Shown here piece after piece: positions 20,489-29,087 of a DNA stretch of 64,000 nucleotides. This stretch comes from a virus. Lineage: Duplodnaviria; Caudoviricetes. The DNA lies in the IMG/VR virus record IMGVR_UViG_3300018018_000003, positions 1,959 to 65,958 of that record, one strand, 5' to 3'. How positions within the stretch are numbered: position 1 is the first letter of the stretch; the number at the start of each line of letters is the position of its first letter. A program made the position numbers and the translations under genes. The notes beneath the pieces were generated by a model that ran no database searches, had not been told where the DNA came from, and was given only the letters and a program-made list of their open reading frames with translations.

Positions 20489-22228
20489 TTAAACTAAAGG
20501 TCCTACATAAACTATGATATAATCTCCGGAGGCAACTTGCCGTGACATCGTTACCGTCCTGCTATTTGAATACTGATTTAATAAGTCTGAAAGCGTTCCC
20601 GTCCCTGATGCTACTCCATTGGCATATATATAATAGGGCGTGCTGAATACTACCTTTGGACCGTAAAGAACATCATCAGGAGTGAATGTAACCGTTATGC
20701 TCGCTGATCCCATCGTGGCTACTCCCGAAGTATTGGAAACGGAAATCAAGTCAGGACTTCCTGCCTCTATGACAAGGGTGGGTGGTATGACCGGTGCTAA
20801 CTGAGATACTGCTATATAAATGGTATCCCCCAACGAATCCTTCAAGACAACCGTCCCGCTTCTTAAAACCCCTGTATTTGCCGATGCGGGAGTAATCATA
20901 AGCGTCTGTGCGTTGTATATCGTATCCCCTGCCTTCATTGATCCATGGTAAGGCACATTGGATATTGTTATCCATGATGGGAATGACACAAGCGTTCCCT
21001 CTGTCGTGCCTCCTACTATCGTCAATACCGTCTCTGTCCCGCTATAAGAACTATCCGGCCACTGCATAGAATTGACACTTGCAGATATATAGGCATTTGT
21101 CACTCCTATTGATGGGAAGCTGAATGCGAATCCCGTATCTCCCGGGTTGACTATTGTGCCATTCTCCATATCCGGCTGTGGGAATGAGAAGCTGATTGTC
21201 AATACCGGAGCTATGATATTCTGAGATATGGCACCAGCATTCTCCTGTTCGCTGAACTTATCAATGGTGTCAATAAGAAACCATTTGGAGGGATCGCTAC
21301 TGCTCCGTACCACCACCTCTATCTGCCTCACCTCCTCGCCTCCTGTATTAAGCGTTATCTCCAAGGCATTATTAAGCGATGTCATCTCATTGGCAAGCCC
21401 TGTAGCCACCTCTTCCTCGCCATTAGGCATGGCAAGTATGCTCGCAGGAGAGAACGTGCTTCTTCTCCAATCCATATAGACATACCTGTAGGCTATCTGA
21501 AAGAGCGTCTGCCTGAGGTTATTCACCTGTCGGTTGTTATCTGAGAAATACTGCACTACCGGAGGATGCTTGGGAGGCATGGCTTCAAAGTAGAAATTCT
21601 CAATATTCATCGAATAATAAGCGTCTTCTATCATGCAGAGTGGCGGTATGCCCCAATGCGTCCCGTCATCCGTCCGTGGTTCATATCCTACATTATTATA
21701 AACAAGGCTCTTATAGAAGTAATTGCCATTGGACACAATCTGTCCAAGGCTATAACTACTTGTCGCATTCCATTCCGTAGTATTCGGGAAAGCGCCATAG
21801 CCTATCTTATATGTAAACGAGTTCTTTGCCCTCTTAATATCCATCTGGTATATGGGGTTCACATTATCCGTCCATACAAGCCTCCCAAATACCACCTTCG
21901 GATTGTAAATCTTATGATTCGGGTCAAAGCCTATGTTATTATACTTGTCGTAATAGACTACCGACTGCACCCTGTTATCAACATTTATCTCAATGATCCA
22001 GGCAGAGCCGAAATAAGTATCAATATAAAAGACATATATGCACCGTGTAAGGGGATCAACACAGTTACCGCACAGAAGGACATTGGTTATATAAGATGGC
22101 TGTAATGGGTTGACGGTACCAATATCTTTAAGAAGCCGTACAGACAGACAGTCATTCTTTGGGGCAAAATCTATCGTTGCCTGTGCGGTGTTATATCCAA
22201 GAGATAATATCTTAGCTGAATTGCTCAT
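20489..22228 (-). CDS. tail stabilisation protein, middle piece (Fib_succ C-terminal strands, CBM-like insert, Ig-like tail)
   Basis: G...D.....IY.F, L.WTDN.NP, NNLR..LFQ.AYRYVY.D...STFSP.S, NTG.EEV..IE; N-terminal SVRLLKD; C-terminal BACON/Ig-like segment. Confidence 0.7.
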   Translation of the reverse strand: MSNSAKILSLGYNTAQATIDFAPKNDCLSVRLLKDIGTVNPLQPSYITNVLLCGNCVDPLTRCIYVFYIDTYFGSAWIIEINVDNRVQSVVYYDKYNNIGFDPNHKIYNPKVVFGRLVWTDNVNPIYQMDIKRAKNSFTYKIGYGAFPNTTEWNATSSYSLGQIVSNGNYFYKSLVYNNVGYEPRTDDGTHWGIPPLCMIEDAYYSMNIENFYFEAMPPKHPPVVQYFSDNNRQVNNLRQTLFQIAYRYVYMDWRRSTFSPASILAMPNGEEEVATGLANEMTSLNNALEITLNTGGEEVRQIEVVVRSSSDPSKWFLIDTIDKFSEQENAGAISQNIIAPVLTISFSFPQPDMENGTIVNPGDTGFAFSFPSIGVTNAYISASVNSMQWPDSSYSGTETVLTIVGGTTEGTLVSFPSWITISNVPYHGSMKAGDTIYNAQTLMITPASANTGVLRSGTVVLKDSLGDTIYIAVSQLAPVIPPTLVIEAGSPDLISVSNTSGVATMGSASITVTFTPDDVLYGPKVVFSTPYYIYANGVASGTGTLSDLLNQYSNSRTVTMSRQVASGDYIIVYVGPLV

Positions 22229-23316
22229 ATTATCAAATTAACACAAATCCGTGCCGCACTTGATGTCTCCCCTGCTTGCCCTATTATCGCTGTCGTATTT
22301 GCCGATCCGGTACCTACGGCTGTCCCTGTTGTTCCTATTGCGACATTTGTTATATTGCTCCATGCAGATGATACTGACTGGTCTGATGGTGCGCATTCAA
22401 GATACTGGTTGCCATTTTTATAGAATATATATCCTCCTGCTGGTCCAACATCCTGTAAGTCATAACTGAATATTGAGGTGAATGAATGTATTGCCCTTAC
22501 ATAAAACTGATAACTCTTGGTCTGTACACTCTGGGCTCCCGAACCGAAATTCTGATACCATGCTGAGATGGCTACAGATTCCGAAGAAGTCCAATATGTG
22601 TTTTGTGAAAAGTTTCCAAGCCCATTCAGATAAAGGACGGAATACATAAGAGCTAATTCATCTTTTGATGGCAGGTACCAATTATTAAAAGTGTTTTCAT
22701 CTTTTAGCCAAAATAATCCATTTGCTCCAAGTAGTTCATATATTGTATCATATATCCCTCCCGGCAATGCCCTGAAGCCATAGTTGTCATCGGCTCCTGT
22801 ATTAGGATCATTCCAGTGGTCATCGCCTACCTCTTTCAGATGTCCTCCGGCTATCATCTGTCCTCCAAGGAATGTCAATAGAATGTTAATCTCCGCCTCT
22901 GTAGGCACATGCCATCCCTCCGGACAGAAATCCACTGACATGATCTGATTCCATGAGTAAAGACCTCCGTATATAGCCCTGTTGTCTTCATCGTCATTAT
23001 AGACTCTGCTCCCGGGATAAGCGTTATCCCAGTTCCTCTTCATCCACGTCTGAGATCCAATCGTCACTTCTTCCCAGCCCTCGTATAGGAATGCGCCACC
23101 GATAGCTGCACCGTAATATGTTATCTCTGCGCTTACATTTAACAAAACAGGGACTTCTCCCTGTAGCGTCTCAAGAACCCCTGCCCCATGTTGTTCACTG
23201 CTACTTGCGGTGCGCACATTTTTGGCAAAGGTAAACTCCCCCTCCTGAAGGAACTGAGGGTCTTGATCACTGTTTAGACCTAAAAATAATTTCTTTATAT
23301 CTCTAAGAGTTGCCAT
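22225..23316 (-). CDS. tail stabilisation protein, N-terminal piece fused to Fib_succ_major and DUF1566-like modules
   Basis: GLNSD.DP..L.EGE...A.NVR N-terminus; VTIGSQTWM..N, YGGLYSW, CPEGWHVPT, GF.ALPGG; WYLPSKDEL, YWTSSE, VRAI.SF, GPAGG.IFY. Confidence 0.75.
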   Translation of the reverse strand: MATLRDIKKLFLGLNSDQDPQFLQEGEFTFAKNVRTASSSEQHGAGVLETLQGEVPVLLNVSAEITYYGAAIGGAFLYEGWEEVTIGSQTWMKRNWDNAYPGSRVYNDDEDNRAIYGGLYSWNQIMSVDFCPEGWHVPTEAEINILLTFLGGQMIAGGHLKEVGDDHWNDPNTGADDNYGFRALPGGIYDTIYELLGANGLFWLKDENTFNNWYLPSKDELALMYSVLYLNGLGNFSQNTYWTSSESVAISAWYQNFGSGAQSVQTKSYQFYVRAIHSFTSIFSYDLQDVGPAGGYIFYKNGNQYLECAPSDQSVSSAWSNITNVAIGTTGTAVGTGSANTTAIIGQAGETSSAARICVNLII

Positions 23317-23319
23317 ATA

Positions 23320-24126
23320 TTAACGTTTTGGCGACTGTCTGTAACTGCCCCAAAGAGCTCTTTTCAGTTCATCGGCTGTGAAACTGTTCTGAAATGCCCT
23401 TAGTTCTGCCACTGCCTCTTCGTGATCTTTCTTCCGTCTCTCAATCTCCGAATAAGCCATCTTAACCGCAGTCCTGCCGGTAAGGAACCCAAGCATATCA
23501 CCCGAGATCATCTGCCACTCCACATACGTCCTGAGTGCAGGAACGGCTTCCCTTGGCACTAATGAACTACCATCAAGTTTTACGCCTGAACTCAGATACT
23601 CTAAAACTATACCTGTTCGCGGTATATGACCCGAGAACACTATCTGTCTCCTCTCCCTGTCTATGCGGTAATATGAACTATCAATACCTCCTGGTAAGCC
23701 AAATAATCCGCCCACGTACTGCCCATTTCTAAAGTGTGAACTGAAAAATATGGCATCCGGAATACCATGAAAATGGTCATTGTCCGCATTGCCCACTTCA
23801 AGTCCGGTGTCATCGTACGTCCGAGGTAGCAATAGATTATCATGCCTTGTTATCACCCGTAGCTTGCCGTTAATCGGAATGCCAATGCGGACATAATCTA
23901 TAAAATCTGCAGGCAGAGGAACTGTTTTGGCAAGTGACATGTGCAAATATACGACCTGTAATCCCGCATCCATGTTATACATATTTAATTCAGTAAACCC
24001 CTCTAACGCTATCTGTGTCAATCGTTTATAATCTTTCATCGAGTAATTAGATAACCTATTTAATATGGACATAATTACGTAACGAATTGTCACAAATCCT
24101 TCGGTGTTGGGTAATGCATTTGACAT
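23320..24126 (-). CDS. tail tubular/ring protein
   Basis: LP.DFIDYVRIG, Y.ID.E...I.FS, IVLEY.S.G, A..ALR.Y..W; directly upstream of the tail stabilisation gene. Confidence 0.7.
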   Translation of the reverse strand: MSNALPNTEGFVTIRYVIMSILNRLSNYSMKDYKRLTQIALEGFTELNMYNMDAGLQVVYLHMSLAKTVPLPADFIDYVRIGIPINGKLRVITRHDNLLLPRTYDDTGLEVGNADNDHFHGIPDAIFFSSHFRNGQYVGGLFGLPGGIDSSYYRIDRERRQIVFSGHIPRTGIVLEYLSSGVKLDGSSLVPREAVPALRTYVEWQMISGDMLGFLTGRTAVKMAYSEIERRKKDHEEAVAELRAFQNSFTADELKRALWGSYRQSPKR

Positions 24127-24947
24127 TATGCTATTTTTTTAATTTGATTATTTATTTCTTTTTTTCTCATAATGCTCTGTTTCTGAGCAATACTTAATTT
24201 TCTTTTATGTTCATCAGAAAACGGCTTCCCTTTATGCACAAGGCTTAATTTCTTTTTTGTTTCAGAATTTGCCCTTTTTCCAAGATGTGATAATCTGTTT
24301 TTCAATTTTGATTCCGCAGAGTGTTTTCTGCCATACATGGGATTATTTGCGCCAGTAATGTCTCTTTTTATATGTTCTTTTATTATTTTTTCTTTTGGAA
24401 ATGGATGTTCTCGGGCATATCTTAATCTCTTTGTTAAACTAATTTTCAATTTAGTTTCTTCTGAATGTCTATGGCCTAATAGATATTTATTCCCCTTAGA
24501 CGCAAGGCCTATTTTACGTTTATGCTCTTCAGAAAATATTCGTCCTTTTAAGGAATCAGAAATGTTTTTTCTGGCTTCTGCGGATCTTGGCGATTGTTTT
24601 TTACCTTTAAGTGCTTGGCTGATTTTTATTTTAGTTTCCTCTGAAAGTTTACTGCCCAAGGTATTGCCTGCAATTTTACAGGTATTAAAATAAGGATTTA
24701 ATCTATCAAGATAATATTGTTCCCTAGCGAGTAATCCAACTGGAAAGCATGGCTCGATAATAGAAAAAATCAAGTCATTTCTTCCGTATTTATTATAATG
24801 TCTTTGAAGTTTTTTAGAACAATGAACTCCCTTTTTTAAATTACAAAAATGCGTAGCCTTTCTTGTTTTTAAATCAATAGCACTCCCAATATAAATCCGT
24901 TCAGGATGCATAATGCTTTGAATTTTATATATACCCGATCTTTTCAT
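24126..24947 (-). CDS. free-standing GIY-YIG homing endonuclease with NUMOD3 repeats
   Basis: SGIYKI...RIYIGSA, REQYY.D...P.FN, repeated HSEE.K.KIS motifs, G.NNPMYG.KHS; AT-rich; start moved to MKRSGIY. Confidence 0.9.
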   Translation of the reverse strand: MKRSGIYKIQSIMHPERIYIGSAIDLKTRKATHFCNLKKGVHCSKKLQRHYNKYGRNDLIFSIIEPCFPVGLLAREQYYLDRLNPYFNTCKIAGNTLGSKLSEETKIKISQALKGKKQSPRSAEARKNISDSLKGRIFSEEHKRKIGLASKGNKYLLGHRHSEETKLKISLTKRLRYAREHPFPKEKIIKEHIKRDITGANNPMYGRKHSAESKLKNRLSHLGKRANSETKKKLSLVHKGKPFSDEHKRKLSIAQKQSIMRKKEINNQIKKIA

Positions 24948-24948
24948 T

Positions 24949-25602
24949 TTACGTTGTGGGTTCTGAATCAATAGTCGGATCAGGCTTTGGCTTATGCATC
25001 ATAATGTCAATCACTCTCTGGACGATATTATCTTCCATTCCAGACGGCATAGCCACCTCATCGTAGTCTCCCATCTGTTCCATGGGTACAATCATAAGTA
25101 CGTCCACAGACGTTATTTCATCCGGAGCCACTGGTAGCTTGTCAAATTTGAGTATATGGCTCGGCTCGCCATCCCCTGTGAATAGATTACTCTGTTCAAG
25201 CCTGTAAGTAGGAGTATCATCCATAGTATCCACTTCGAGCTCTGCAAACACCACATTGGCTCCTGACTCTATCGGTGCAAAGACATTGGTGTTATCCGCA
25301 TTATTACACACCTGTCTTATACCATTGTCATCGGGTAATTGTACCGGAGTAAAAGGCAGGAATGCATAAGCCGATGTCCCTGACTGATTAAGAACATCAA
25401 TGGTATATGTTCGGCTCCATGCATCAAGCTGGCTGAAGTCACTCTCCCTCTTCCCCCTCTCCCATGTCTCATAGATTATCTGGCGGAATACGTTTCGCAG
25501 ATGACCAATGATGACCCCGGGATGATAAACGGCCTTCTGATCCCCTACAATGTCATTTGCAAAGAAGTCCTGAACCAGGTCTACTATCTCTATCACCTTC
25601 AT
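24949..25602 (-). CDS. putative head-tail ring/adaptor protein
   Basis: position in the tail module; LP..PVQLP...GI..V. Confidence 0.55.
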   Translation of the reverse strand: MKVIEIVDLVQDFFANDIVGDQKAVYHPGVIIGHLRNVFRQIIYETWERGKRESDFSQLDAWSRTYTIDVLNQSGTSAYAFLPFTPVQLPDDNGIRQVCNNADNTNVFAPIESGANVVFAELEVDTMDDTPTYRLEQSNLFTGDGEPSHILKFDKLPVAPDEITSVDVLMIVPMEQMGDYDEVAMPSGMEDNIVQRVIDIMMHKPKPDPTIDSEPTT

Positions 25603-25625
25603 AATCAGATGGTTAAATAATTATT

Positions 25626-25769
25626 TTATCTCTTTCTTTTATGTACTCTCTCGGGTAACTTTTTCCCTTTGCTTGCCCGGTCAAATTCCCTGACCGTCTT
25701 ATGTGAAATCCTGCCTTGACTTTCAAGGACATGAAATTTTTTTCTCTGAGCTTCTGATTTATATGGCAT
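25626..25769 (-). CDS. small basic phage protein (47 aa), not in the ORF track
   Basis: hand-translated MPYKSEAQRKKFHVLESQGRISHKTVREFDRASKGKKLPERVHKRKR; matches the recurrent MP.KS.AQR...LPE.V phage family. Confidence 0.7.
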   Translation of the reverse strand: MPYKSEAQRKKFHVLESQGRISHKTVREFDRASKGKKLPERVHKRKR

Positions 25770-25771
25770 TT

Positions 25772-26494
25772 TTAGCCCTCCTTTAATTTAGTTTCTGCAT
25801 ACTGAACTATTTCCTGTTCTCTCAAGTTGACCCCACAGTAACTCAGCAACATCCGGACTAATACTATGTGTTCATCAGCCGGAGCTTCGCATTCTACTGA
25901 GTTCACGGCATCGTAAGTGATATAACCATCGCCTACGATATATTTGAATACAGGGTCTTTGGGATACCTGAAGTAAGCCATATCCACCTGTGTTATGGGA
26001 TACGGCACTACATCAGATACCGTATTTGGAAAGATATAGATCCCATCTGACCGAAGAACGGCAACTGGCATTCTTGTCACGGGACGCTTGGTGTAGTTCC
26101 CCTGCCTGCTTGCCAACTGCGACTCTGTGAGTACCTCCAATCCCTTAGGTAATACTGTGGGTATCTTATTTATGTTTATGGTGAAGTTATTTATTATCTC
26201 TCCGCGATGACAGTAGTCTGTAGGATAGGGTATCTTTCCATTGACTACCGGCACATTTGTCAGATAGACCTTGAATGCCTTGAGGTCATCCATGTTCTTC
26301 AGGGTTATCTCTGCATACTCTTTGGGTATGGGTCTCCCGGGTTGGTATTCCTCGGGAAGCCCATATTTATTCCTGAACCAGTCAAGATGCACCACCTTGA
26401 TAAGCGATGCAAACCTGTCGGGTGTTATGACATTTCCGGAAAAATCCTTGTTTGTTACGTAGTTTACAAGGTCCCACATTTCCCAAAGGCTCAC
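25772..26494 (-). CDS. head-tail connector/ring protein
   Basis: V....NK..SG..ITP..F, P.DY, Y.RYP.DP...Y, L.Y.GVNLRE.E.VQYA typical of crAss-like ring proteins. Confidence 0.7.
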   Translation of the reverse strand: MSLWEMWDLVNYVTNKDFSGNVITPDRFASLIKVVHLDWFRNKYGLPEEYQPGRPIPKEYAEITLKNMDDLKAFKVYLTNVPVVNGKIPYPTDYCHRGEIINNFTININKIPTVLPKGLEVLTESQLASRQGNYTKRPVTRMPVAVLRSDGIYIFPNTVSDVVPYPITQVDMAYFRYPKDPVFKYIVGDGYITYDAVNSVECEAPADEHIVLVRMLLSYCGVNLREQEIVQYAETKLKEG

Positions 26495-26509
26495 TATCTG
26501 TCCTCCTGA

Positions 26510-27034
26510 TTAGAAGTTATATTTTAAATTAATGCCAAGTCCAAGTGGAAAATAATTGGAGTTCCATAATCCCGGCATAAAATTTAAACTGAATTGCGGA
26601 CTAAAGCCCAATACATTATACAGAGCTACTCCAAGCAATATATCCAGTTTATTATCGTCAGGGACTACGGGTGTGCTTGTCGTAGGAAACCCTACTTGTA
26701 AGTTTAGGGATAGATATTCCACCGGATTACTGGCAGTTACTTTATAAAAGTTCCCACTTACGCCAACCCCTACCTTAGTGAATGCATAGGCTTCAAAGGC
26801 TTTTGTGGTTTTATTATAAAGCAATACATCGCCATCGGTACTCATAGAACCCCTTATTAGAAATATCTGATAAGTAGAGTCCTGTGAAGCTTTCAACTTT
26901 CCTGCATAGAGTTGATTATGCTGAAGAATCTTTGGATTGTTTTTTACCGGCAGAAGAAATCCACTCCATGCACTCTGTGCCTGGCAGATTACTGCCATAA
27001 TCAAAAAAGCAAATAACAATAATAGTTTTTTCAT
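26510..27034 (-). CDS. exported protein with a beta-barrel-like C-terminus
   Basis: Sec-type signal MKKLLLLFAFLIMAVICQA; alternating beta strands; ends LGLGINLKYNF; ATGA-coupled to the holin. Confidence 0.6.
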   Translation of the reverse strand: MKKLLLLFAFLIMAVICQAQSAWSGFLLPVKNNPKILQHNQLYAGKLKASQDSTYQIFLIRGSMSTDGDVLLYNKTTKAFEAYAFTKVGVGVSGNFYKVTASNPVEYLSLNLQVGFPTTSTPVVPDDNKLDILLGVALYNVLGFSPQFSLNFMPGLWNSNYFPLGLGINLKYNF

Positions 27035-27264
27035 CCTTTTGGTTCTTTTGTTAATAACTGATCCTGTGAATTTGTGAGGACGTTTTTGATAAGATAACCG
27101 AGCAATGCTACTACGCCCGTAATGAGAATTGGCTTTATTGTAGGCCACGTCAGACTACCACCCGTCTGTATCAACTGATAAATGCCAGTTAATACTGCGG
27201 AAAAAAAAGCTACGACTAAACCCTTAATCGCATCTTTCGCATTTAATGATAAGAATTTTGACAT
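27031..27264 (-). CDS. holin
   Basis: 77 aa, two hydrophobic helices; LN..D..KGL.VA...YL.KN..TNS pattern; in the lysis cassette. Confidence 0.7.
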   Translation of the reverse strand: MSKFLSLNAKDAIKGLVVAFFSAVLTGIYQLIQTGGSLTWPTIKPILITGVVALLGYLIKNVLTNSQDQLLTKEPKG

Positions 27265-27274
27265 CTTTTATAGT

Positions 27275-28000
27275 TTATTTGGTGATATAAGCAAGTTCAT
27301 CAAGTAATTCCGGTGTCATAAGTTCGGGAGGAATGATTGCATAAGCCTCATCCCATGTCTCATCAACCCAATCCCAAGTACCTTTTTGCTCTGCAGCCCA
27401 TGTGAGGTTATTAACTGTTTGCGGGTCATAACCGGTGGTAAACATTGCATGACCTTCATTCAGAAGTGTGCCGGGAGTCCAAACGGTATGGTTATTATTA
27501 AAATCGGTAATGGCATTCGCCTGTACCTGAAATCCCATATACACACCACCAAAGAACTGTATGGCCTGCATGATATGAGTGTGATTCTTTGGGTCGAGTT
27601 CACCAAAAGCAATAATCTTCTCTCCAAGATATGAATGTTTTCTCCATTTAGTCAGGAGGTCAAGCTCATTATATCCCCTATCACGATAACATGTGAGCCT
27701 GTTATAAAGAGAAATGACATCTTTTGACGATGGAACCACTATGCCTCCCGGCGAGCTTATCGCATGATATACTGTTATCCCGTGAGCTATGCCAGCACAT
27801 GTACAGTCCCCCTTTGTGTCATTGCCATCCATGGGAAACAAAACGCTTGCATCCGTAGTGCCAGCTCTTGTATAGACTTTTGTAAGGTTATCAAATGAAG
27901 GATCGGGTGCCGGTAGTGCCGACATATACTTCGCAAGTTTTATTGTCTTAAACTTGGTTTTCTTTGGATGTTTACCAAAACAACATTTCTGTGCTTCCAT
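27275..28000 (-). CDS. papain-like cysteine peptidase
   Basis: GND..GDCT.AG..H, GGVY.G, GHAM...GYD, TW as Cys/His catalytic motifs. Confidence 0.7.
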   Translation of the reverse strand: MEAQKCCFGKHPKKTKFKTIKLAKYMSALPAPDPSFDNLTKVYTRAGTTDASVLFPMDGNDTKGDCTCAGIAHGITVYHAISSPGGIVVPSSKDVISLYNRLTCYRDRGYNELDLLTKWRKHSYLGEKIIAFGELDPKNHTHIMQAIQFFGGVYMGFQVQANAITDFNNNHTVWTPGTLLNEGHAMFTTGYDPQTVNNLTWAAEQKGTWDWVDETWDEAYAIIPPELMTPELLDELAYITK

Positions 28001-28005
28001 GTTAT

Positions 28006-28446
28006 TTATGAATTAAATATAAATACTTTTCCATTGCCTGCATCCCGGATATCAAGGTGGCACCAATCCACTCCTGCTTCAAGTCTTATAGGATAAGGCA
28101 ATATATACTGATTTGTTATGATCCACTGTCTTGTCTCTTCTGCCAACATGCCAGCTGCATCGAAATCAAATGCCTGGCCAAATGCATGAGGATCCATAAA
28201 TAATACTTTATCTTGAAAAGTTTGTTGCGATAAAGCACATAACGGACATCGCAACCCACGCTGGGAGAACTGACCATTTATATTCCAGTTATTGATTATG
28301 ACACTCCGATTGAGCTTTCCCCTGATGATATCTATTGTCTGAAGCAGCCGGGGATCAAAGAACTGCCAGGCTGTATCTCCATATTTATTAAATACCTCTT
28401 CACAAACAAGCTCTTCTAATTGAAAATAAGCGGGTTTCTGTATCAT
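28006..28446 (-). CDS. endolysin, peptidase M15 family
   Basis: YF.LEELV, LD.IR..L...V.IN.W, RG.R, H..G.A.DFD, W.H.D.R. Confidence 0.85.
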   Translation of the reverse strand: MIQKPAYFQLEELVCEEVFNKYGDTAWQFFDPRLLQTIDIIRGKLNRSVIINNWNINGQFSQRGLRCPLCALSQQTFQDKVLFMDPHAFGQAFDFDAAGMLAEETRQWIITNQYILPYPIRLEAGVDWCHLDIRDAGNGKVFIFNS

Positions 28447-29015
28447 TTCTTTACAGTACTATGTTTTCTTAATGAATCAATCGGTTCTGCCACCACCGAA
28501 TCAAATGGTACAAACATTATCTTGTACCCCGGTGGTATAGGTATCATCTCTCCCCTGCTATCCGTCACAACAGGACTCCCAAGATTCTTAACTCCATTAT
28601 GAACATCCTGCGTTGTCTTGTGATTCCATACTGCCAATCCTATCACAATGAAAAAGCCTATAATAGTAAGTATCACATACCATTTGTTCTGTTTGCGTGA
28701 TGCCGCAAGGTTCTTTGCTATCGTATCCCTCGATTCTCTGTCTTTTCTTTCTCTCTCAACTGCCTCATCACTAACGAGTGCTTCTTTCAATTTTTCAATG
28801 GTTTCAGTCTGTGAACATTTTGCAATGGTATGCGGGAGATTATCAGAAATTAATTGTTCATGTTTGGATACGGAACCATTCAATCTTTTGAGATGATCTT
28901 TTATTCCTTCAAGATTGGCATTAATAAGATCTTCACGGGCTATCGTGGCAGCTTCCCAACCGGATAAAACCCCGTGAATCATCTCCCTTACTTCGCTTCG
29001 TTCCTGTGCATCCAT
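28443..29015 (-). CDS. coiled-coil membrane protein in the lysis region
   Basis: HL..LNGSV.KHE coiled coil plus one TM helix. Confidence 0.6.
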   Translation of the reverse strand: MDAQERSEVREMIHGVLSGWEAATIAREDLINANLEGIKDHLKRLNGSVSKHEQLISDNLPHTIAKCSQTETIEKLKEALVSDEAVERERKDRESRDTIAKNLAASRKQNKWYVILTIIGFFIVIGLAVWNHKTTQDVHNGVKNLGSPVVTDSRGEMIPIPPGYKIMFVPFDSVVAEPIDSLRKHSTVKK

Positions 29016-29087
29016 TTATTTTGTTGTTATCAAAAGATTCCGAGAACAATTAAAATCTTTTTCATTGTATCAAATTTTAAGTTTATA

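Noticed and set aside
22200-22260. Stop-codon reassignment or programmed frameshift joining the tail stabilisation pieces
   Set aside because: Reading through the TGA stays out of frame with the next piece, there is no X-XXY-YYZ slippery site, and core genes are intact under the standard code.
22480-22600. DGR variable region in the DUF1566-like module
   Set aside because: The fold is a typical DGR target, but I found no reverse transcriptase or template repeat in the window, and the segment is not at a gene end. A DGR outside the window cannot be excluded.
24126-24947. Group I intron around the GIY-YIG gene
   Set aside because: The ORF abuts complete genes on both sides (1-nt gap and a TAATG overlap), leaving no room for an intron core.
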